Source: Eledone cirrhosa (Eukaryota). From it: a stretch of 64,000 nt of DNA. The stretch covers positions 90,768,001 through 90,832,000 of the forward strand of contig OZ024742.1 in NCBI GenBank assembly GCA_964016885.1, given 5' to 3'. Both the position numbers and the translations under genes were made by a program. The notes under the pieces are model-generated. The model did not search any database. It worked only from the letters and a program-made list of their open reading frames with translations, and was not told where the DNA came from. Shown piece after piece: positions 49,245 through 64,000 of the stretch (position 1 is the first letter of the stretch; every line of letters begins with the position of its first letter).

Positions 49245-52200
49245 ATTTCTTTATTTGCCGCAAGGGCGCACAAGAAAAGGGGACAATACAAAGACATGCC
49301 GGGGATTTTACATACAGTCGTGTAAAAAATTTAAAAACAAAGAATTACAACAATCGAAATCCCCAATAGGAGGGAAGCGCCACAAATGGGTTGTTTAATA
49401 CCCCGTCGATAGAACAACCCTCAACTCCAGGAGCGTGTTGTGCAAGTGCTCCTTTCTTCCTTTTGCTCTCTTCCTCAACCTACAGGCTTATAAACAGAGA
49501 AGGCCCAATCACTCGGGCCATTTTCGCTTCATTCACCCACCTTTCAGTAAATTTACTGGGGTGCAGTGCCTCTCTCTCCACTCTGATTCTCCTTCTAAAG
49601 TGATACTTAAAGAAGGGAATCAATTGTTGTCCGGAGAGAAAGACATCTGTCCTCAGTCCTCTCAATCTTGTCCACCATATAACTTCTTTCACCATAGCTA
49701 CCGTACAGAGGAAAACCGCCTCTCTTTCGTTTTTGAAAGAGGCTGGCGGTTTGATCCTTACTATGGACTCGGCAGTCAACTGGATTTGTCCCATACGTGA
49801 CAGCAGTTGTTCTGCATAGTTCCACAGGCCGGTTACACCCGGGCAGTGTACAATTGCGTGCAGGACTGTTTCAATGTCTTGCGCGCATCTTGGACACGTC
49901 CTCTTGGAAGGATCCCCGCCAGGGGGTCCGTGCCTGTAGATCTTGTCACGAAAGGGTAGAGCTCCTCAGTAGCAGTGCCAGGCCAGGTCCCGGGCGGAAA
50001 GTCCTACCAAACAGACTGGTGTGATCATCGTCGTCGACGCCTAGAGTCTCTCCGAGCACGTCGTCGCCCTTGCAACGTACAATCCATCTATAGAATGTCG
50101 AAGTGAAGTCTCCACTGATTGCTGTGCCCGCTTGCCAGAGGACTGTGAGCGCCTGAGAGCATTCAATGTGCCAGGCGCACATCGTTTTCGGTCTTTTCTT
50201 GACCCAGGACTGCAGCTCCGTCAGCGAGACGAGCTGAGGGAAAGCCTGTCTCACAAACGGTGCCCACACCGGTTGGAGGTCGGTGAGGAATAACTGGAGA
50301 GGCCGCACCCTCATCGCATGTTTGCGCATCATCAGCCACGGCATTCCCAGCCCTCTGTTGGAAGGGTGCTGACAGCAGACGGATCTCCTCACCAGCGGAG
50401 CCTTCTTCTACCACAGAAACTGGAAGAGCATGCGTTCCATCTTGGCGAGGTGTTCACGGGAACAAGGCTCGACAGTCAAGCGGTAGTAGATGACAGGCGC
50501 TATGAAAGTGCTCACCACCTCCGCTCCACCTTTCAAGGAGAGTTTGCACTCTGCCCACTTCTGGGTGAGTGCAAACACCTTGGCCGTGACCTCGTTCCAG
50601 TTTTTCTCCACCTTTAGGTCTGGATCGAACCAGACCCCGAGCAATTTCACCAGTCCGTCCGTCCAGCGTCCAACGACGCTGTCGGACGTCATCGGTTTGC
50701 CTCTCCACGTACCGAGTTGCAAACCGACAGACTTGTCCGGGTTTAGTTTGCTCCCATCAGCGTTTCGTATTCTTTCAGTAAGTTGCCGATCACCCCGATT
50801 TCCGAGGTGCTCGACACCATTACCGTCACGTCGTCGGCATAAACCGATACCGCTTTGCGCGGTCCCGGTATTAGAGGGATTCCCTGCAACAGCTCCAATT
50901 TCCGCAGTAGTGGCTCTAGAGTTAATACATACAGAATGGAGGAGAGAGGGCACCCCTGTCGAATGGAACGCGTGATTGCGAACGGCTCCGATAAGTAGCC
51001 GTTCACCTTGACCCTCGAGCAGATGCTGCTGTGCATCGCCTCGACCGAGCCTCTGAAAACATGACCGAAACCGGCCGCCTTGAGAACCGCTTCCAAGTAT
51101 CGATGGTCGACCCTATCAAATGCCTTAGACTGATCTAAATTGATCAGAGCCACACTGAAGCCGGGTTTACTACCCACCCTCTCTATGATGTATCACATGA
51201 GGTGGAGGTTGTCGTGTATGGATCTGGTCGGGATTGCACACGTTTGCGCTTTCCCTACCAGGTTCTCGACGACAAGCGCCAACCTCGTCGCTAGCACCTT
51301 GGCCAAAATCTTTAACTCTGTATTGAGCAGAGTTATGGACCTGAAGTTGTTAATTTCGTCCCCCTTGTTCTCGTCTTTTTTGATCAGCGTTACTACGCCC
51401 TTGCCTGCAGAACCGGGAATTCTCCCGTTCTGCTGCCAATTTCAGTAGACGTTTTCGAGGACTCCAGAGAACAAGTCCGGCATGCCTATGTAAAACTCAT
51501 AGGGTAGACCACCTAGACCGGGTGACTGCGTTTCCTGCAGCGGCCCAGAGCGTCCCGTATCTCATTGTCCGTGATCGGTCTTTCGCAGAACTCGGCGTCC
51601 GTGTTCGAGAGACGTGGCAGGCCGTCGAGGTATGAACTAAAGTCCATTGCCCCGTTCGGCTCACCGTCGTTCTGCTCAAACAGTCGCGCAAAGTGCTGCT
51701 GAAAGGCCGCGCACAGTTGCACGCGTCCGATTTGGTCTTTCAAAGACCGAATCGTGGACTTGTTGCCACCTTTCGCCTCCGCCACTCGGACCCAGCTGAC
51801 AGCTTTCGCTCCTTCGTTTCCTAGAGCACGTGTTTTGCTTCTGACCACGCAGCCTTTGTGTTTTGCATCGAAGAACTGGCTCAGAGCCGTTCTAGACGCT
51901 AATACTCTAGCCGCGTTGTCACTTCTAAGTGCCTCCTCTACCTTGGCTACTAGTTCTCTTTCTATTTTATTTTTCTCTAAGGCTAACTCTCTGCTAAACC
52001 CTATCGAGTCTATTCTAATTGCTTTCTTGAGAGAGTACCACCATTTATTTTTGACGATGGCTCCCGTTAACTTTGGCTTGACTAGTCTACTTATCCGTTC
52101 ACTTTAAGCTTTACGTGCCGGCAACGACACGTTCAGCTTCCAGTATCCGGGACCCTGTCTATGTATTCTATCACGGTTGACTAAGCAGACGACTAACTTG

Positions 52201-54830
52201 TGATCTGAATAGGCAACCATGTGCATTCGTGGACAGCTTAACGTCTCCTTGTCCCTTTCTCTAATGAAGAACCTATCTAAATACGATCTAGATGTCCCAC
52301 TGCGGTTTACCCACGTCCACTGTGGTGCAGTCGGGAAATCTAGTCGATACCTATCGGCCAGTTGGAATTGGCCGATTAATGTTTTGAGGCTGTTGCACCC
52401 CTCTCTACTGAGACATGCTCCCACATAGTCCCATCGTGCATCTAGGATACCTTTCCAGTCCCCCACTAAAAGTAAGGAGCGAGACGTTCCCAAAAAACAC
52501 TCTAGACGCTTAAAGAAGTCTGGCCGTGATTGCGATTGCCCGGTCGGGGAATAAACGGCCACCAGTCTGAAGGCTCCATCTCCAATACTGTTCACGTCTA
52601 GGACTACCAGTCTACCCTCCGGGTCCAAGTGTACTTGCTGTACTTCGACGTCCAAGTTCTTCCGAAACATGACAGCCACACCCCCTCCACCTCCTGGCTG
52701 ACAGAGAGTTGCGTAGATCTCAAAGTCGTCGAAGATGGAGGGTTAGTTGCTGCCTGTTGTGGAGCCTGGACTCGGTGATGGCTATCACATCCATACCGTG
52801 TGACCTAAGGTCGTTTAAAAGTTGGCCCTGTTTCCAGGTCATCCCTAGGCCACGCACATTCACGCTTCCAACTCGTAAACTAGCCATGTTGGTGAAGAAG
52901 AATTGAAGAAAAAGGACGAAAGGTGCACTTACCTTTTCGTTTCCTGGAGATCGGGTTGTTCAATCTCCATTTGGGTGCTGGATGGGGTGTTGGGTGGGGT
53001 GGGGAAACATTTTAACAGGACGCGGTTGTTGGCAAGAGTTGCCCACGTCCTGTGAAAATTTATTTTTCAGGTCATTATAGGTTTCCATAGAAACCCTTAT
53101 AAGTTTAAGGTGTGGAGACGATTCCCTTATAAGTTTAAGGTGTGGAGACGATTCTGCCTTGACGAAAGTTTTGCCCTCCGTCTCCACCTTGGGGTTTTGG
53201 GAGATGACCTCCATCAAACTCTTGTTGTTTGTGTTGATGTATGCATATTGTTGTTTGTGTTTTTGTTGTGTTGTTTTAGTTTGTTATTCGTCCTAGAGTT
53301 TCCTTTTTATGGTGGGTGCTTGTGTTTGGGGTGGTGTTGGTGTTGGTTTTGCTGGTAGGGTTTGACTGTGGTGTTGTTTGTATTGTTGTTTGTGTCTGTG
53401 GTTGTGTGTTGGTGTTGGTGTTGGTGATTGGAGTTGTGGGGGTTTTGTGGCGTCTCTTTTTTCGCTTTTTAGATTTCCGCGGCTCTCCCTCTTCTTCCCT
53501 TAAAGAAGGAGAATCAGCTTCATCCGTCGATGAATAATCATCGTCAGGAGTCTGGGGTAGGGGTATGTTGTGTGGTGGTGTTTCGGTGTGTGTGTTTGTG
53601 GTAGTGTTTGATGGAGTGGGATGGGGTGGGGCTGTGTTCTTCAGGGGTGTTGTCTCTGTTTTTTCTGTTGTTGTTGGTTGAGTGGCTGTTTGTTATGGTG
53701 TGCTTGATCGTTTCGTCTGTCGTTGTACTTGTGGTGGTGGTGGTTGTTTTGGTGTTGGTGTTGGTAATAGTGTTTTTTTAATGATGTTGTTGTGGTGTGT
53801 TTGTGAAGGACAAGACGCTTTTAGGTGTGCTGTGCTACCACAGCGAAAGCAATGAAATTTTCGTTCTTCTACCGAAATGTTTATTTTGTTGTTATCATCG
53901 ATGACGACTCTTTCGGGTATATTGGAGATTCTCTCCGGCCTCATTTGCAACAGAATCTCCAAATCAGTACCCGCCCACCTTTGTCGAATAGACTTTCGTA
54001 TCGAAAGAATCATATCAGTTTCTGGCTCTACGAAGCCAGCTAAGATCCATCAGATGTTAATGTTTGGTGGTATATATATTTTTTTTATTTTTTGTGTCCT
54101 TTTTCCCATGTATGTAGGGAAAAAGGTGAATGCTTTTGACACTATTTGTTTCACAGAATGTTTTTGGGCGAGTGCTTCGCTTTTAAACAGTACGGAAACA
54201 CTTCTGTACTGTTGTCCTCGTTGGAGAAATTCGATATTTGCTAGAATTTCTTTCAAGGTATTTTCTATATCTCCTTGGCTAACAAATATCGGCTTTCTCG
54301 TGGTATTGGACACAGTCCTAAAGATCACTTATCTTCGTACGTTGTCTTCTTTTATTTCAAGGGGTGAGTTAATTGTAAACCCACCCTTTTCTTCGAAAGT
54401 TACAAATTTTCTCCTTTGCTGGAGCATATCTCTTGCATTGGAGATGTCAAGATTTATGAAATCTTTTTTGTTCACTGTTTCAGCGAAAGACATTTTTTTT
54501 GTGTGGTGTTGCTGTTGTTGTTGTTATCGTTTTTAGCCTCGGTGTTGGAAATCTCAGTTCCTTGACGAGGTGAAACTTTGTGTAGATGTATCTGTAGAGT
54601 TGTTGATGTTGTTTTTTTCATGTGTATGTATGTTAATGGGTTTAATTCCAGTGTTTTCATTTTTTTTTCTGCTTCGACGGTAGAAATTGTAAAATGTTCA
54701 AGTGGCAATATTTGTTTCCCTTTGTTGACAGTCGTATCTATGGCGACGTCCATAGTAGCAGCAGCAGATTATAACATCTTCCTCTTTCTCTCTCTTTTCT
54801 CTGTCGACGTTCCCCAGCGTTCCCTTCGTG
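49245..54830 (-). mobile_element. Near full-length decayed L1-Tx1 LINE (ORF1 about 54753-52960; ORF2 from ATG 52887 to about 49440)
   Basis: ORF1 has a CFRCGSTAHLKASC zinc knuckle. ORF2 has an APE domain (NVRGL, VGDW, SYLDRF, SDHK, GPGYWKLN) and RT motifs ([30 protein letters not shown]), with multiple frameshifts. Confidence 0.9.
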
Positions 54831-55047
54831 TTATTCATGTTTTATAGTTGGCAATATTTGATATTTTAAAACATTTTAAAATTAAATTTTCGCCCCTAAA
54901 GGGGCGGAAAATGGGATTACCACCCAGCTGACAATTCAGCTTGGAGGTTAATCTACAAAATAATATGTTTTTTCAAACAATTAGTTCCGTTTTTCGTATA
55001 TAAATTTACAAAACATCTTACCGGCGATGTTCCACGCGTCAGGCAGA

Positions 55048-55156
<109 letters not shown>

Positions 55157-55275
55157 GCGTGGAGATTACTTGACAAAACTTAAACCAGGGATTAAGTTGA
55201 AGAAGCGGTTGAAAGGAATACAGATACATTAACTGAGGTGATGGTTATGGCGGCGGCGTTGATTAAAGGGTCAGT

Positions 55276-55328
<53 letters not shown>

Positions 55329-55462
55329 GTGAGAGAGAGAGAATGAGAGAGAGAGAGAGAGAGAGAGGGTAAAATATCTGCCGGAGAGATAAAATGCCAG
55401 TCGATAGAAAACACACACACACATATATATATATTTCGTTTCTGGATTTGTTTAGCAAGAAT

Positions 55463-55517
<55 letters not shown>

Positions 55518-55912
55518 GAAACATCTACACTTCCTTTTTAATAGCACAAACACACAACGATCTAAAGCTGCGAAGACATAGAGAGGGAGAAAGAAAGAAA
55601 GAGTAAATATATGTATGGGAGGTACAGGGCAGAGAGAGACATTTACGCTGAGCTCCTAGACACAGATGCATGCCGGCTCTCACTCACTTATCCTAGAAGG
55701 AAGGGATAGTTATCTTATACACTCTCTTTGCATCGCAACATTCAAAGAATGGAGCTCTTTTCACAACAGAACAATAAGAAGAATCAAAAGCGACAGTCCT
55801 CGTCTCAAGTGTAGGCAGGACACAAGGGGACACACATACATGATACATATAAATACACTTACAGAGAAACACATAATCACATACGTACGGGGACGCACAT
55901 ACATACACACGC

Positions 55913-55956
<44 letters not shown>

Positions 55957-55969
55957 ATATATATATGTG

Positions 55970-56004
<35 letters not shown>

Positions 56005-56185
56005 GATATATATATATATGTGTATATATATATATATACATACACACATATATATATATATATATACATACACATATATATATACATACACATATATATA
56101 TACATACTCATATATATATACATACAATGATATATATATATATACATACAAAGATATATATATATATATATATATATACATACTC

Positions 56186-56266
<81 letters not shown>

Positions 56267-56299
56267 TACACACATATATATATATATATATATATACAT

Positions 56300-56340
<41 letters not shown>

Positions 56341-56377
56341 TATATATATACACATACACATATATATATATACATAC

Positions 56378-56458
<81 letters not shown>

Positions 56459-56465
56459 CATACTC

Positions 56466-56496
<31 letters not shown>

Positions 56497-56887
56497 GATA
56501 TATAGATATATAGATATATATATATGTGTGTGTGTGTGTGCGCGTACACGTTCTCTAACGCGTATATGTATGTATGCATGGATACACAATGGTGATTGTG
56601 TAAAATATAATAAGGAGGAAGGGAAAGTGGTGCGGGGTGGGGCATACTTGACAAAGGTCCTCAAATAATATAATTCAGTGTACACAGTTAAAAACAAGAG
56701 GGTGGTTGGCATGTAATGGGTGGTTAGAAAACAAACGAATACAAAGAAAAGAACAAGTTAGTAAAATAAGGTGAATAAAAAGAAACTCCAGTGTTCGCTG
56801 TTCTGTCATAGATGTTTAATTCTTTTCATTTTTTTTTTGGTAAAAATAAACAGGATGAAGGGATAGTAAATAGACGACTAAATACAG

Positions 56888-56888
56888 G

Positions 56889-56922
<34 letters not shown>

Positions 56923-56939
56923 CACACACACTAACATAA

Positions 56940-56978
<39 letters not shown>

Positions 56979-56985
56979 CATAAAT

Positions 56986-57016
<31 letters not shown>

Positions 57017-57129
57017 CATAAATACACACACGCACACACACACACACACACACTAACATAAACACACAGACGCACACATACTAGCATAAACACACACACA
57101 CACTAACATAAACACACACACACTCACAT

Positions 57130-57183
<54 letters not shown>

Positions 57184-57188
57184 ACGCA
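56888..57188. repeat. Compound (CA)n tract with recurring CTAACATAAA spacer
   Basis: CTAACATAAA or a close variant recurs about 7 times between CA runs. Confidence 0.9.
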
Positions 57189-57312
57189 CAAGCTAACCTA
57201 CGCATTTTCATTTAAAATCATTTCTTTAAAACAGAAAGGAACTTTACTCAATACATGATTGCAGAGATTTTATGTCATGGGTATTTATTGATGTATCTCT
57301 GTTGAATCATCA

Positions 57313-57395
57313 GTCTGATGAGCATATCGATGCCGCATTCGCGCCATAGCTTCCATGTGTGACATTGAGCCAATCGTCTGCGAAACGCACGTAAC
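57313..57395 (+). ncRNA. Type I hammerhead motif with long helix II insert
   Basis: GU CUGAUGA GCA...UGC GAAA CGCACG UA AC. The core is complete and helix I is short; it is preceded by TCATCAG, making TCATCAG-T-CTGATGA a mini hairpin. Confidence 0.6.
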
Positions 57396-57964
57396 GGGCC
57401 GATACTCAATAAAAATATGAATATATGTAAAATTAACCTCGTTTTTTCTTATAAACATTTTGTCTGTGTATCGTGTGCTCATATTGGCACCAACACCAGC
57501 AATTTACTGAATCAACTATAATATCTATATATATATATATATATATGAAACCACTAGTAATGCAAATATTATACATATACATGTACCTCTATAAATATAT
57601 GTGTATGCATACCTATATATGCTCTCTATTTGGCGAATTTTAAGTTAGGAACATAAAGTGAGAAAGTAACATAATCAGCACCGATGTTGATACTAGTGGA
57701 TATATAAACCAACACACACACATACGGATACACTCACATACACACGTACACATGCACACATACACACTCTCTCTCACACACGCACACACACGAATGCACG
57801 CACAATTTCCTAATTGCTTCTCAACTCCGAGATAAAGTTCATATCTTTTCTCCTGAGCAATTTAATTCAACCTTCAATTTATGCCTAATTTCGAGAAATA
57901 ACTCCTCTTCTTTTGTGAGGCTAACAATATGTTTCCTATACATAACATACATAACACTAGGGCC

Positions 57965-58170
57965 ACTCTCTGGTAAGTTTATCGTTACGCCTGTAGCAGT
58001 AGAGTTTTCTGGCGTTCTTGGCCCCCGGACCACATCCCTGCTCACTACCATCGAAGCGGAGCTGGCTGCCCGGAGGGCGAGTCCCACATGCTGGAGTGGT
58101 TGTTCCAGCGCATCTCCCTCGCCGTCTTGCGAGGAAATGTCTTCTCTATCCTGTTGGCCAGTGCCACGCG
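57965..58170 (+). pseudogene. 3' fragment of a CRE-like (restriction-like endonuclease) non-LTR element
   Basis: FIVTPVAVEFSGVLGP then, after a frameshift, EWLFQRISLAVLRGNVFSI, the typical C-terminal motif of this group. Confidence 0.65.
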
Positions 58171-58564
58171 GCGGACGACATATTAGTGTTGGAGTAGGGT
58201 GGCAGTCTTCAGACGAAGGGTTTAGTTAATAATGCTGTCAATCAGAGCACCGCTCATTGTTTTTGTTATACAAATGTGTGTGGCTGACTCCTTCGAGACT
58301 TTATCTATTCCCTTTTTTATTCAAGAATGGGAAAAATTTCTTTTGTTACGTTATCAAAAATTTTATGAACGCAAGTTAGGACAACTTTATGCAGTTAAAA
58401 ACAAATCTACACAGGGTCGTGAAATTAATGTGAAGATGGCTGCATATTCCATAGGCACGTAATTCTAGGCTGGTCCTTTCAATTACAAGAATAACTAATA
58501 TCTTTTTAGCTGAGTAGATGATTGGCAGAAAATGAAGTGTTTGACTCAAGGACACAATCGAACT

Positions 58565-58682
58565 CTTCTTCTTCTTCTTCTTCTTCTTCTTCTTCTTCTT
58601 CTTCTTCTTCTTCTTCTTCTTCTTCTTCTTCTTCTTCTTCTTCTTCTTCTTCTTCTTCTTCTTCTTCTTCTTCTTCTTCTTC
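58565..58682. repeat. (TTC)n microsatellite
   Basis: Direct reading. Confidence 0.95.
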
Positions 58683-58895
58683 TCACCCTCCTCCTCCCCA
58701 TCCTCCTCCTCTACCATGTATTACGTAATCCTCGCAGTTTCATTTTACCCGTCGTGACGGAACCTGTGGAGTAACGATCTTGCATCAAGTTTTACCAACG
58801 AGGAGATGCCCTAAAGGAAGCAATTCGCAGGATTTGGCAGGTATGGGATGAGAGTGCCATCGGTGTTACCCAAAATAAAAGAAAGGTATAACACG

Positions 58896-60203
<1,308 letters not shown>

Positions 60204-60309
60204 CATATATATATACATATATATATATATACATATATATACATATATATATATATACATATATATATACATATATATATACATATATATATATATATAT
60301 TTATATTTT

Positions 60310-61114
60310 AAACGCAAAAATCAGAAATGATACTGGCAAAGTGCTCAATAGTTAAAAACCAGAGCTAAACAATGTGTTAAGAAGCCATACAAAACTGAAA
60401 AGGTGGTCAAGAAAGCATTAACCACCCAAGCCAAAAACCAAATCAAGCTAAACAGGTCAAAACAAAATAAATGATAAAAAATAAGTGATAACCAAACCTG
60501 GACTCCCGGAATTGCTGTTAAAATCCGATCTAGAGTTTCTGTGACACCTAAATCAAAATAGAGTCTGCTTAAAAATATAAGCTTTGTGGATAACGATCGA
60601 ACAATGAATATCACGTTATCAACACGTATTTCGCTCTGTACCAAATAAGTGAATGACACGATGGTAAGTTAAACCACGTGTGGAAATCACAAGGGGAATA
60701 ACCCCAGATTTTGGCAAAGTAATTCAGTTGGTGTAAATCATGCGAACATTAGCATAAATAGCACAAATTGAATAAGTTCTCAATCGAGTAGTTTAAAATA
60801 AACTTATACAATTAACCTGTCAATAGAAATTATTAACAAGTTAATTGTAAGACACCGGAGATTAATACAAATAAAGATTCAGCGAGAATCGCATTTTGGG
60901 CGGGCACGAAAAGCGAAGCGAAACGCAAAAATCAGAAATGATACTGGCAAAGTACTCAATAGTTAAAAACCAGAGCTAAACAATGTGGTAAGAAGCCATA
61001 CAAAACTGAAAAGGTGGTCAAGAAAGCATTAACCACCCAAGCCCAAAACCAAATCAAGCTAAACAGGTCAAAACAAAATAAATGATAAAAAATGAGTGAC
61101 TCCCGGAATTGGTG

Positions 61115-61117
<3 letters not shown>
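60310..61117. repeat. ORF-less partial tandem element, period about 611 bp, ~200-bp terminal direct repeats
   Basis: AAACGCAAAAATCAGAAATGATACTGGC...GACTCCCGGAATTG.TGTTA at about 60310-60519 and 60921-61117; flanked by TA tracts. Confidence 0.8.
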
Positions 61118-61170
<53 letters not shown>

Positions 61171-61174
<4 letters not shown>

Positions 61175-62772
61175 AAAATAACAGATTAAAGTTTAAGCAA
61201 AGAATCGCTGCTTTCACCCTTAACGGGATCTTCTGAAACTAACAAAGTCAATCTGTAAAGGCGGAATTGGATATTTCAAAAAACGTTGCAACCGGAGAAA
61301 GACAGGAAGACGATACTTTGGTTCGTGGAAACGTTCCCTGGCAAAGAACGGGAAAAAACGAATATTAATAGGAGCGGTGAATAACAATTACGCGCAAAGA
61401 CAGAACCACGTTTATGGTATAAAAGAAGTCGTAGACTAATGTTCTCTTATGTGGTTCATAGAGACGTTCTCTGGCAATGAACGGAAAAAAACGAAGATAA
61501 TACGTCATATGTGGACCGTGTAGAACAATTGCACGCAAAGACAAAACCAAGTAAATGGTATAGCCGAAGTCGTATACTAAAATTCTAACTAGGAAACCGA
61601 ATGAATCTCTGCTTCAGAGTTAAGAATAAAGTAAATAAAATACAATACAGAGGTAATGGAAATTAAATAAATACATACACGCAAGCAAATACAACATACA
61701 CGAGCGTACGCGAAAACACTTGCCATGGGTATACAAGACCACGCACATATAAATATGTGTGTGTCTGTGTGCGTGTATAGAAATAAATAAATAATTAAAT
61801 AAACGTATATAAATAAATAAATACGTATATAACAAACGCACACACATACCTACATGTAAATACACAAATGTTCGGAGACTACGTCAACCAAAACATGAAG
61901 TACACATGTACACACACCCTACATACGTACGAACCTGCATACTCACGCAGACGCAAAACTCCCGTATACACATGACCAAACCATATGTACCAGAATATAT
62001 AAAAGTGTATACGCCATAACATATACAGTCAAATATACGTACGAGAAAGTATACGTACCTTCACAAAACATACAGGTAATATATACTTACCTATGCAAAT
62101 AAGTAATGGTATAAACAAAACATATACTTAGCTACCACACCAAGACGTAACATATCCACGTATAGATCGTTCTATCCGTTAGGGTATAACGTGGGGCTGT
62201 AATGCAGGAAAGTTTTGTGCAATTTATGTTTACAAGCCGAAATTGCCTCAGATATTTTGTTTAAGATGTGGTCTGTGGCGTAGAGTATTTCCAGGGCCTC
62301 AGCGGCGCAGGGGTCACATGGTCTTTTATTTCCGTTATACGATCTAGCCCTAGCTAGGATCTCCCAGTGTAACTTATATTGTGTGTGGTTGTCTTTTAGA
62401 CTCCAGATATGAGCTGAAAGTGACGTCATATTCCTTCTTAGAGGATAACGAAAATAATGGGTATGCATGTAAAGACGCTGCTTGAATCTATTGGCGGTTA
62501 ACCCTATGTAGGCCCTACGGGACGTGGGTGTTTCAACCTTACATTTGTAGAAAATGTTACTAGAGAGGCATTTCCCGGATAGGAGGCAATCAACCCGATT
62601 CCTGCAATTACAGATAGTACTAACTACAGGGTTGCACGTGTTCCTACGGCTAGGTAGTTTAGCTAAATTTGAAGCTGTGATCTGCGTTTACAGATTGACT
62701 TTCTTAGTTTCAGAAGATCCCGTTAAGCGTGAAAGCAGCGATTCTTTGCTTAAACTTTAATCTGTTATTTTA

Positions 62773-62775
<3 letters not shown>
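61171..62775 (-). mobile_element. 5'-truncated Penelope-like element (GIY-YIG end plus 3' region) with inverted terminal repeat at its 5' end
   Basis: Minus strand FYKCKVETPTSRRAYIGLTANRFKQR..TSLSAHIWSLK..WEIL..CDPC..ILNKISE. 61171-61258 is inverted at 62688-62775. A diverged ~132-bp tandem duplication lies at 61321-61586. Confidence 0.88.
61181..61256 (-). ncRNA. Extended type I hammerhead motif with CAGAAGA (U4A) core; copies at 62690-62765 (+) and 63777-63848 (+)
   Basis: ACAGAUUGA CUUUGUU AGUUU CAGAAGA UCCC GUUAA GGGU GAAA GCAG CGAUUCU UUGC UU AAACU UUAAUCUGU. Confidence 0.7.
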
Positions 62776-62860
<85 letters not shown>

Positions 62861-62964
62861 TATATTTAATTTGTTGGGATACAACAGGCAACATATTTTT
62901 ATGACTGATCTAAAGCACTCAATATTTGTATGTCAATATTTATTTATAAAACTAACCTATATTA

Positions 62965-63029
62965 TATTTTATCTGATGAAAGCGCACCATAATTTGCCTT
63001 GATGGCCCTTGAAATATGTATAATGAAAT
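62965..63029 (+). ncRNA. Family A hammerhead motif, diverged copy
   Basis: UAUUUUAU CUGAUGA AAG...CUU GAAA UAUGUA UA AUGAAAU, followed by the family A tail AATATGGTTTTATAAATATAGTTTCCATTT. Confidence 0.75.
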
Positions 63030-63458
63030 TAATATGGTTTTATAAATATAGTTTCCATTTGTTAATATATTGTATATATATATATATACTTACACGTACA
63101 CACAAACTACTGATCAAATAATGTTTGGTATCAATGAGTTAAAGACATCTGTCAAATCTATTAGTCGTGAAGGTAGTGTATATATATATATATATAATGA
63201 TGAAAAATGACGTGCTACGTTGCGAATGTGATACATATGAATGAAAAATAGAGCAAGAAACAGGATTGTCCATCATCAGTGATCTATCATCGGTATTTCT
63301 TCACATTAAAGACCAGATACCTCAAAGTCAGTGCGAGCAATAACTAAAATAAGAATGGGTGGAGAAATAGAGACATGTAAACAAACAAAATGTTAATGCA
63401 ACGTAAGGAGAGGAAATTGAGAAAGCAAGTCAATGATACATGTGAACTTAAGTTCTAG

Positions 63459-63536
63459 CTAATCAATGACGAGCAGACGACAGACGAGACCGAACCCTGC
63501 GAAATGTGAGCGAGAAAAGGATTTCACATAGGTCAG
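63459..63536 (+). ncRNA. Decayed hammerhead motif (AUGACGA core) with long helix III
   Basis: CUAAUC A AUGACGA GCAG..CUGC GAAA UGUGAG..UUCACA UA GGUCAG. Confidence 0.5.
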
Positions 63537-63902
63537 ACGGGAGGAAGTGAGAGAGGAAGAGTAGCAGAGAGGAGGTGAGTGAAAGTGTGAGGAAGAGGCC
63601 AGCCGAGAGAGTGTAACCGGCAGAGGGATACATAGTAATAATAATAAATTTGAAGACTAAAATGCAAAGAAGGCTCGATAGGGATAAATATATATCAAAT
63701 ATATAAGAACCAAAGTATCGTCTTCCTGTTTACCTTCGGTTGCAACGGTTTTCGAAATATTTACTTCTGCGTTCATAGATTGATTTTTTTAGTTTCAGAA
63801 GATCCCGTTAAGGGTGAAGGCAGCAATTCTCTGCTTAAATTTAATCTGTTATTTTAATATATATACACACACACACATATATATATATACACCCACACAC
63901 AC

Positions 63903-63938
<36 letters not shown>

Positions 63939-64000
63939 CATATATATATACATAACAGAGTATAAATATTTGATATAGAAATATATATATAATATATATG

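Noticed and set aside
63262-63282. CTGATGA on the minus strand
   Set aside because: No helix II or GAAA partner found.

Overview
Eukaryotic (animal) genomic DNA, very AT-rich and dominated by long compound (TA)n microsatellites. The SINE family and repeat landscape suggest a cephalopod such as Octopus (inference). One host gene is supported: the last two coding exons of a Blimp-1/PRDM1 orthologue (PR/SET-domain exon 13145-13424; terminal zinc-finger exon 22100-24105, + strand, splice phases match). The rest is mobile DNA: three Penelope-like element (PLE) remnants with RT and/or GIY-YIG domains, a young CR1/L2-group LINE plus an inverted partial copy, a 5'-inverted RTE-like LINE, L1-Tx1 LINEs, a CRE-like fragment, mariner-type MITEs and many tRNA-derived SINE copies. 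The most striking unexplained signal is about 17 recognisable type I hammerhead ribozyme (HHR) motifs, plus about 10 decayed ones, from roughly a dozen unrelated sequence families. Most sit in short ORF-less cassettes embedded in (TA)n tracts, arranged as partial tandem repeats and/or fold-back inverted repeats, which resembles retrozymes or non-autonomous PLE derivatives. There are also several inverted copies of neighbouring genomic DNA dropped into (TA)n tracts. All folds and alignments were done by eye; coordinates may be off by a few bases.
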